A stretch of 62,503 bases of DNA, filler included, from Collodictyon triciliatum (lineage: Eukaryota), in the NCBI GenBank assembly GCA_043381765.1. It is 3 parts of 3 records of this genome, joined end to end, with 100 filler letters (N's around TTAATTAATTAA, not from the genome) between each part and the next. Parts side by side here need not be neighbours in the genome. Positions count along the whole stretch, not along the records: positions 25,643 to 54,009 come from JBHJMP010000054.1; positions 54,110 to 62,503 come from JBHJMP010000059.1; 1 more part is not named here. One strand, given 5' to 3'. Positions 42,294-62,503 of this stretch are shown one piece after another (the first letter of the stretch is position 1; the number at the start of each line of letters is the position of its first letter). The notes below the pieces were generated by a model. It did no database searches. It was not told the DNA's origin and saw nothing but the letters and a program-made list of their open reading frames with translations. The translations under genes and the position numbers were made by a program.

Positions 42294-45200
42294 ACTCTCC
42301 TGATTGAACCTTTCATAACAATAAATAAAGCAAACGAGCCTACTGGAAGTCAACAAGCGAGGAGCGGGCGATGGAATGAGCTCCGCACGATTTTAATTTC
42401 TGTCATCGTTCCGGTCTTTGTTCTGAGCGCTGTCTTTCTCTTTGTATATACCCGACAAAACAAGAACCGTCTTGCCGACCTGGGCTGGAATGTTAATTTC
42501 AACGAGCTGTCATTCATTCAGAAGATAGGAAGTGGTAGCTTTGGTGAGGTGAGATGTCTGATTGATATTCCAAAATACGATGGATTGTTCTATATCAAAA
42601 TATTCGCCTCTTTAAACAAATACCGAGCTAGATCACACTAACTTCTATCATTCTATAATTGTATATGCGCACATATTTTCTTGCTTTTTTTTTCTTTAAC
42701 ATCGTTCTATTCTCTATCATACAATCACACGTACTCAACTAACTTTGCCAGAGCCTTGAAATTGCAAGATGAAAACTATATTGAAAATGATAATGATGAT
42801 ATACGACTTGGCCCTCAATAGGTTTATAGAGGAGAATGGAGGGATTCCACTGTGGCTATAAAGACACTCTTCGACAAGAACTTATCCAAATCATCGATAC
42901 AAGATTTCCAGAGGGAAATAGCTATCATGTGGTGAGTGCATTCTTCCTCTTTAGTTGGCTACGAATCTACTCGCTACTTTATTAAACACTATAACTCGTG
43001 CATTACAATATACTTTAACCATTTCAAGCGAGCTACGACATCCGTGTCTATGCATGTTTATGGGTGGCTGCATCAACCCACCAAATTTGTTTATCATTAC
43101 AGAATTTATGGACAGGTTACATTTTACCCCGGTTATTTCCTTTGTCACCCCAACGAGCATGATTATATGTCACATTCTTTATTAATTTTTTTATTCAGAG
43201 TATATTCATCTTATTCCTTTTAGGGGGTCGTTGTATGATTTACTCCAAGATGAGAACTTACTGTTGTCCACCTCACATCGCTACATGTTTGCACATGATT
43301 CTGCAAAAGGTATTGTTATGTCATCCTATTGTCATTGTGTAAATGACTCGCTACCTTCCAACGAGGAGCTGAAAATCTATTTGTAGCCCACATCTTTTCC
43401 AGGCAGCCGGCCCATTAAAGAAGCCAGTATGTCCTAAACATTCGATTTTAGGTATGAGCTTCCTTCATAGCCACGACCCCCCGATAATACACGGAGATAT
43501 GAAATCGGTCAACATCTTGGTAGGATGTTTTGTTCAACTTTGTTGTTATGTTATGCTGAAGTGATCTTCTGCAATGCTTAATATGCTCCATATTACCTCA
43601 GGTGGATTCAAAATGGCAGGTAAAAATCAGTGATTTTGGACTCTCTCGGTTTAAAGGATCTAAGGCCAACTCTGCAAATACCACTTTCTCGCTTATGTGG
43701 GCTCCTCCAGAGGCAATATTATCCATTATTCTACGTTTCCTTTCTTCATAATATTAATAAAAATGAATGTTTATCTCCATAAATGAATTGCGTGGGAAAT
43801 TTGACTGTTTTTTTTCTGGAATAGATATGAACTTATTAAATGCATTTGATTAGGGAATCTAAAAAAAAATTATCATCACTTACTCAGGTACTCTCTGGTC
43901 AGCCTGCTACTGAAAAAAGCGATGTCTACAGCTATGCCATTGTTCTGTGGGAGATTTTTAGTCACGAAGAGCTTTACTCCAACATAGACCCATCTTCAAT
44001 TCCCTTACGCGTCCTTCGAGGGCACAGGTTTCTTCTCTTATCTTGTTTTGTTTATTTTATGTTATTTTATTTTATTTTATTTTATTTTATTTTATTTTTC
44101 TGTTACGTCTTATCCTTTCTCTTGAATGAATATCGTTGGCTGAGTATATTTTCAGTATATTAAAGACCTTGTCTTCCACCCACCCCCCCTCCTCCTCCTT
44201 TTTACAACGAATTTCCGACAGACCACCTATAAACGACTATATCGCCCAAGTCGAAGGCATTGAAGGTATATTGAAGCTTGGTTGGGACACAAATCCAGAC
44301 TCTCGTCCGACAATGTCGGCGATAAGAAAGCAGCTCTCAACGCATCCTATTCTGACTTCATCGTCCCCTTACCCTCCATCTGCAATGGCCTCCACAAGTA
44401 TATCCTGTTTTATTTCAGTACCATTGGCTGTTTTTTTTTCTTTTCAGAAAAGAAAATGTATGTTCACAAATAATCATCTCTGCATAGTAATAAACCAGTC
44501 ACTAATTTTAGCTCCCCCGAGCGAGTCTCATCAAACAATGCACTCGAAGCATTGCATAAGAACTTTCGTGTATATGGATATTTTCATGAGCAATTTGATA
44601 TGGGAGCAGAATCCCGACGAAATGTACCATGTATGATTAAATTTCCCCTCATTATTCAGATTTTTATTTTTTTATAATAAATTAACAACACAACGTTGCT
44701 TGATTTAAATTAATGCCATAGAATTTCTTTAAAGTATCAACTAATCAGTTCACTCATGCATCTTATTATTCTCCCTCTCCCCAGGCTCTAAACATGTATA
44801 TATCGCTGATACGCAACTCCACTCCGCAATTCCAAGGGTATACATCAAATGACCTCTGAGTGCACTCTTCACACACTTTTCACTATGCACCCATGTGTGA
44901 AACTTCACAGCACATTATTCTGATGCTCTTACCATTCAATATTTATGTCTTCAGACAAGAAATTCGCATGGACTCTGATACTTGCTTTTTACTGTTTCCA
45001 TCTGCATTGTCTGCGCTTGAGTGGGCTCTGAAATTTCAGGTTTGCTTGTTTTCAAAATGAATTGTTAATTAGAATCTATTAATCTTACTTTTTACATATT
45101 ACTTACATTTATGCATGCTATCCCACTCGTTTGGCTTTCATTACTCACCCTATATTCCCTACCTATTTGAACAGGAGGCACTTCTTGACTTGGAATGGCC

Positions 45201-48015
45201 AACGCGTCTTATCCAAACAAACAAGTATTGCAGCAATCAGGTTTCCAGGGGTGGCTTGGTCATTTTTAATGGTCCACGTGTGCGCACTGCAATCCATTCC
45301 GTTTGCATCATTCATCTTTCTTTTATTTTCTTTTATTTTCTTTTATTTTCTTTTATTTTCTTTTATTTTCTTTTATTTTTCTTCTTCTTCTTCTTCTTCT
45401 TCTTCTTCTTCTTCTTCTTCTTCTTCTTCTTCTTCTTCTTCTTCTTCTTCTTCTTCTTCTTCTTCTTCTTCTTCTTCTGCTCTATGCATATAAATGTCTT
45501 CTACCTATGTATATGGCATTAAGGACCAAGGTCCGATAATCTCAAATATTCTATATAAACACTACACCGTGGTACAACAAATATAGTATGCATCCCTAAT
45601 CCCTGTCATGGCATAAAAATGAACTTCTTTTGAACGTAGGGTGAAGCTGGAATTCAGGAAAATCCCATGAACGGACAGAAAACCTTTATTGGGCCTGCTG
45701 TCAGCAAGATTCGCTATCTTTGTTCCATATTGGATGGTGGTCAGATAGCATTGACGGAAGAAGTAAGCTACACAAGGACTTCCTTGGCTCTGTCAATTTA
45801 AAAGTATCATTTTTCATTTTCAAAGAAAATAAGTTATTGTCTCTGTTTGTCCAGGCCTATGTATCTGCCCAATTCGACCACGCCGCTGGGTTCAAGCATC
45901 ACATCAAAGAACTAAGCTATGCAAATAATGTGGAAAGCCAATCAGACACAAAAATTTTTCAAGTTCTCAGTGATAGGCTAGTAGACAGGCAATATCGCGA
46001 ACTTCGGTTACCGTCGTCTATAAGTGCTGTGCATTTACCAGGAACGCAGACCCCAGATAAACACGAAGTGAGATTTACCATAGCGATGACTGCACTTCGA
46101 TTAATATTATGACTAGTTCTAATAAAATACATACAAGAGTGAGATTATACTTCCGCTCTAAATATTCTTTAAAACCATCAGGATACCGAAGAAAAACCAG
46201 CCTTTCATATCAACTACGATGAAGTCAAGCAAATTAGAGTACTTGGGACAGGTTCATTCGGACAGGTCCTTCTTGCAATGTACAAAGACCGAGAAGTATG
46301 TGCCATCTTTATATATTTATCGCAGAATGGATTGGTGATTTTTAATATGTTACTGGACTGTTCGACAACATTCTCTAAGCCTTATGGAGGGAAATTCATT
46401 ATTTTAAAAGGATTTTTTGGTTCATTTTCATAATATTTTCAATATAGTGTTGGAAAAGAAGTCTTTTCCATATTGACCTCTCGCATTTTAAAAATCGCGC
46501 TCTAGGTCGCTGTCAAGAAACTACTCAGACAAAAGATGACGCAAAAGGGGATAGCTGACTTCCGCCGAGAAGTATTAGTCATGAAGTCTGTTTAAAAATA
46601 TGTTACTTGTTATATTAAAAGGCGATACATTAACGCACTGGCTTTGTAGTGCGAACATATCTGAGTGAAAACCAGACATCATAACCAGCACATATTCACT
46701 TCTTTTTTTTTCTTTCTTTTTCTTTTTCTTTTTCTTTTTCTTTTCTTTTTCTTTTCTTTTTCTTTTCTTTTTCTTTTCTTTTTCTTTTCTTTTTCTTTTC
46801 TTTTTCTTTTCTTTTAAAAAAAGTTTACGTTTATTTTAAAAAATACTTTATTGTAGAAACCTAGACCACCCAAATGTTGTGAAGTTGATAGGCATCTGTG
46901 TTGAGATGCCAAACCTTTGCATTGTCCTCGAGCATATGATCCATGGGTCGGTGGAGGTTTGTGTTGATTTTTAGAGCTTGCATCATAGCATCACTACCTT
47001 TACTGGCTTCGGATATTGCACACCCACTAAACTTTCAGTACAAAATCAGTAAATGTAACCCAAAGTTTTGCTATGCTTTTTTTTTTTCTTTTTCCTTTCT
47101 TCTGTGCATTTGTGCTTAGGATTTATTGAAAAACAAGGATTTTCCATGGACAAATCCATTGCGGCTGCAGATGCTACAGGATGCAGCGCGAGGAATCAAG
47201 TATATTCACGACTGCAAACCACCAATCATACACCGTGACCTGAAAAGTGCAAACCTTCTTGTTGGGGGTGAATACATCGTAAAGATATGCGACTTTGGTG
47301 TCTCCCGAATACAGAACACGCAAAACACGATGACGAAATGTGGAACTCCAGCATGGGCCGCTCCAGAAGTTTGCCTTTTAGCATTACCTCATGACATATA
47401 ACAAGGACCAGCCAAATGACCAAATAACATATAAACAAAAGAAAGAAAGAAAGAAAAGCAATCATATTATACCTGAAGTTTTCTTTTCTGTTAGTCCATT
47501 TTGCCCTGATATATATATGTAGTTTGGTTATAATAAAAAAAAAAACTAATCATGAAGAAATTGCTTTCATTTACAAACACAGATTCTCCGCGGTGAGCGG
47601 TACAACGTTAGCGCCGATGTATATAGCTTCGGAATCGTCATGTGGGAAATGATATCGCGGCGACTGCCATACACCGAGCTTCGTCTGAGCCCGGCTGCCA
47701 TCACAGGGGAGATTGCCACCGGCCGACTCCGCCCACCTATCACATCAGACTTTAGCAAAAAATACGAGGAACTGATGAAAAGGTAACCGCAATATTATGG
47801 GTCACATTATCGTTATTTCCACACATTCACAGCAAATGCAAAATACAGTTCAATGCAACTCAATCTCATCTAAACTTAAATCGAATCACTTCTATTTAAT
47901 TTGGTTTAATTCAATTTCATCCCATACGTCCAGATGTTGGGACCACACACCAGAGACAAGGCCAAGCATGGAGAATGTTTTGATTGAGCTCTCTGACCCA
48001 ATTACGCTTCCTTGA
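27978..48015 (+). CDS. Large single-pass receptor: signal peptide, six glucodextranase-C/DOMON-like carbohydrate-binding repeats, TM, TKL kinase, class III cyclase-like domain, second TKL kinase (many exons)
   Basis: Exon 1 is MRQTRPSRLCAGATMVSCLVLLFCGRVFA (27978-28064). Repeat 1 is DPPQDEGWEYPTDPVFIPGLFDIRHFNV...GFSHQLCQIFVDSD. The TM is ILISVIVPVFVLSAVFLFVY (~42390-42450). Kinase 1 has GSGSFG, VAIK, HGDMKSVN, DFG and WAPPE. The cyclase has TFVYMDI...IFNGPRVRTAIHSG...GGQIAL. Kinase 2 has GTGSFG, VAVK, HRDLKSAN, DFG and CGTPAWAAPE. Stop TGA at 48013-48015. The model spans several gaps and a 5-kb apparent intron. Confidence 0.82.
38003..38764 (+). CDS. Kinase-fold protein, predicted pseudokinase (paralog A); CDS intronless
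   Basis: VAVK, IMEEVQKL, VYNYNIKPDN (HRD lost), CDYA (DFG altered), PPE and DVYSIG are present. First ATG is at 38003 after a probable 5'UTR intron. Confidence 0.85.
   Translation: MTDHVRLQSSDIALGDVILAAEDYRILRAIDRKSNSQVAVKEYQKSQLHKPEDVGAIMEEVQKLVNLPKNAGFVTYVGAYVSVGTLHIVRDFVEGKTFTEIIPTNTLDVRKIKEIGVKICDNVRFLHEHGVYNYNIKPDNVILKGDGSIALCDYAMLELRESLQRRGTSSKRADIAVAPPEVFRNGSYAQEKSDVYSIGLILWMLNAKKIPKVRRFDTKGITDPALKDTLTRVLNQTPEERPSLAELRAQLLL
39907..40671 (+). CDS. Kinase-fold protein, predicted pseudokinase (paralog B); CDS intronless
   Basis: Same motifs as paralog A (VAVKEYQ, IMEEVQKLV, VYNYNIKPEN, DGSIALCDYAMLELR, DVYSIG). First ATG is at 39907. Confidence 0.85.
   Translation: MAQSIALDGSKLKPVEDLPCPPDFRIFRAIVLDSGKEVAVKEYQQSQLHMPGDIAVIMEEVQKLVDLPAAENFVAYLGAYVQTGVLYIVRDYVPGTTFTEVIPSNTYDAERIRDIGVQMCDSVSFLHQNDVYNYNIKPENVILKEDGSIALCDYAMLELRGSIQKKGPTSKRADPAICPPELHRGAEFAQEKTDVYSIGFILWMLCAKKIPRVRRPFDPKVIKDEKLKIALAAALKDSPEVRCTLEEFRAFLSP
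42208..42291. repeat. (GTT)n intronic microsatellite
   Basis: Read directly from the sequence. Confidence 0.9.
45318..45477. repeat. (TTCTTTTATT)n followed by (TTC)n intronic repeats
   Basis: Read directly from the sequence. Confidence 0.9.
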
Positions 48016-48624
48016 CCAGTCCGTCATCCAAATCACAACTCTTGTTTATTTATGCCACTACCTTCTGTTTCTATATCACATGCGAGTACATTACTTAATC
48101 ACATACACAACTAAGAAAGAATAAAGATTTCGTTAATAAAAAGATTAAGACTGAGGAGGAAAAAAAATAAGGCGCTGCATATCTCTCGCAAAGGAAATAT
48201 CAGAGCATTTACAAAAAAAAAAAAAAGGCAGAAGAAAAGACATACAAACGATAATGGAAATGATAGAACGAGGGACTGGCCCTGCTAAACTCCTCAGAAT
48301 AGTGGATATGGTTAATTGGGAATGAGAGAAGAAAACCTCCTGCTGGCTAATATGACAAACCGGCAAGTTTCTCTGTCGAGCAGGACGCGTTCATTGAGAT
48401 CAAGAAGCTAGCGATTACTATAACTATTATCTCTTTTTTGTTTACTTATTTTTATTCTAAGTATTTATGTGATTATGTATTTATGTGTTTATTGCTTCTG
48501 AGTCAGCTGGCCCACAATTCCACAAATTTTTGTCAAAAGGTAATCCCGCTTGACAAATTTATTTATGAGTGCACACGTATGATACATTTAAGTGCCTTTT
48601 CTTTTCAAATGAAAAATAGATAGA

Positions 48625-48820
48625 TACATACATACATACATACATACATACATACATACATACATACATACATACATACATACATACATACATACATACA
48701 TACATACATACATACATACATCCATTACATCCATTACATCCATTACATACATTACATACATTACATACATTACATACATTGCATACATTACATACATTAC
48801 ATACATTACATACATTACAT
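48625..48820. repeat. (TACA)n followed by a 9-bp (TACATACAT-type) compound microsatellite
   Basis: Read directly from the sequence. Confidence 0.9.
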
Positions 48821-48893
48821 CCCCTCCAAAGAAAACAACCCGAACCAACGAAGACGCCTTCTCTTTCAAAGGAACCTCTTTATATTAACTCCA

Positions 48894-53758
<4,865 letters not shown>

Positions 53759-53940
53759 CTTGACATTCAAGATATAGATGATGATTTCAATACATCGCAT
53801 TTGCTTGATAAGAGGCAGTGTTTGTTTTGGTTTTTGTTCTTTTTTTGTTCTTTTTTTGTTCTTTTTTTGTTCTTTTTTTGTTCTTTTTTTTGTTCTTTTT
53901 CTTGTTCTTTTTCTTGTTCTTTTTTTTGTTCTTTTTTTTT

Positions 53941-54009
<69 letters not shown>

Positions 54010-54109
54010 NNNNNNNNNNNNNNNNNNNNNNNNNNNNNNNNNNNNNNNNNNNNTTAATTAATTAANNNNNNNNNNNNNNNNNNNNNNNNNNNNNNNNNNN
54101 NNNNNNNNN
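54010..54109. other. Artificial scaffold linker: 44 N + TTAATTAATTAA + 44 N
   Basis: The 12-mer is at 54054-54065. Two different genes are truncated on either side. Confidence 0.95.
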
Positions 54110-54230
54110 ATGATATGATATGATATGATATGATATGATATGATATGATATGATATGATATGATATGATATGATATGATATGATATGATATGATATGATA
54201 TGATATGATATGATATGATATGATATGATA
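54110..54230. repeat. (TGATA)n microsatellite
   Basis: Read directly from the sequence. Confidence 0.95.
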
Positions 54231-54417
54231 GACTATTGTGCTAAATACCAAGAAAAAAATAGAACGAAAAGAAAAGGAAATAAAATAAGAGACAAGATAA
54301 ATAATGAAGGTCCTGACAAGATTATGAAAGTTCGATGCTATCCTTTTGATGTAAGGTTCATAAACCACAATGCATATATCGCCCTTCTGTAAAGAAACAT
54401 AGAGCTCCTAGACGAAC

Positions 54418-54744
54418 CTCCTTTGGGTAGTGCAACCTCCAAAATCGTGTAGCGAAGCTGGCCAAAGCCAGGTATATCAAGTTTGGATGGCGCTGATAGA
54501 AGCCAAGGGGTTTTGAAGAGGAAGAAGAGGAGGTTGGAGGGTCAGCGTAGCTCTCGTGCAACTGGGCTGTGTGATCCTTGAAGTCTGCTTTATGCTCGAG
54601 ATCATAGTTCTGACTGGATTCCGCTGCTTGTCTGCCTTCGCTCCGGGCTCCGTAGCTCGGCGCAGACACAAGGATTTCGGAGGATTTGCTGTGTCCTTCG
54701 TGGGTGTCCGAGTGAGGCCGGCGGTTGTGAACGTCGCGTTGCAT
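54418..54744 (-). CDS. First exon of a probable dolichyl-phosphate-mannose protein O-mannosyltransferase (PMT/POMT, GT39), 3'-truncated at the linker
   Basis: ATG at 54744. A hydrophilic N-tail is followed by LIYLALASFATRFWRLHYPKE|gt, matching the TM1-TRF-x-L-xx-P segment that precedes VVFDE in PMTs. The VVFDE exon is not visible. Confidence 0.5.
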
Positions 54745-54937
54745 CGGAAACACGGCTTTGCCTCTGGTCTGAGCGTTTTGAGTCCAGTTATCAATAGTCT
54801 TCTCATTATAATTGTAAATTACAAACTATACTTGGTTTCTTGGGTTTGATGTGGTTGGCCTTCCCCAGCGCGTTCAACTTTTTTTTTTTTTTAAATTATC
54901 ATTTTCAGGCTTCTTATCATTCTCTTTTCTCGTGCAC

Positions 54938-55136
54938 TTTTGTTTCATTTGTTTCATTTGTTTCATTTGTTTCATTTGTTTCATTTGTTTCATTTGTTTC
55001 ATTTGTTTCATTTGTTTCATTTGTTTCATTTGTTTCATTTGTTGCTTTTGTTGCTTTTGTTGCTTTTGCTTCTTTTGCTTCTTTTGCTTCTTTTGCTTCT
55101 TCGCTTCTTTTGCTTCTTTTGCTTCTTTTGCTTCTT
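54938..55136. repeat. 9-bp compound minisatellite (TTTGTTTCA to TTTGTTGCT to TTTGCTTCT)
   Basis: Read directly from the sequence. The unit sequence drifts stepwise along the array. Confidence 0.9.
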
Positions 55137-55214
55137 CGCTTCCTTTTTCTCTTTATTGAGTGGCTGCGACTGGATGGGGTATCTGCCCCGGGTGATGGCC
55201 GTGTGTCCGCATCC

Positions 55215-62319
<7,105 letters not shown>

Positions 62320-62503
62320 GCGAGAGTGACTAGAACTGGAGAACAGCTTCAGTCATATCAGAAAGTTTAGAGACATGATCGTCGAAATTGTCTCTTTTTT
62401 TTCTTTTTTTTCTTTTTTTCTTTTTTTCTTTTTTTCTTTTTTTCTTTTTTTCTTTTTTTCTTTTTTTCTTTTTTTCTTTTTTTCTTTTTTTCTTTTTTTT
62501 TTT

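Overview
AT-rich, intron-rich, microsatellite-rich eukaryotic (protist-like) draft assembly using the standard genetic code. It has many N gaps and two artificial TTAATTAATTAA linkers (25587, 54054), so gene order across those points is not reliable. Spliced genes reconstructed by hand: a TXNDC15-like thioredoxin-fold membrane protein (-), CTR9 (+), an APS kinase fused to a degenerate ATP-sulfurylase domain with a probable mitochondrial presequence (+), COA8/APOPT1 (-), a very large receptor with six glucodextranase-C-like ectodomain repeats, a TM helix and kinase-cyclase-kinase (+), a BAR-PH-ArfGAP-ANK protein (-), a first exon of a probable protein O-mannosyltransferase (-), and a PPEF-like pseudophosphatase with EF-hands (-). 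The accessory DNA holds a decayed Fanzor1 (eukaryotic TnpB-like RNA-guided nuclease) element with a structured 3' region, an intronless NHL-repeat ORF, a LINE-ORF1-like relic, and two paralogous pseudokinases that sit inside an intron of the receptor gene, possibly through a misjoin. All family assignments come from motif recognition by eye; no database searches were run.
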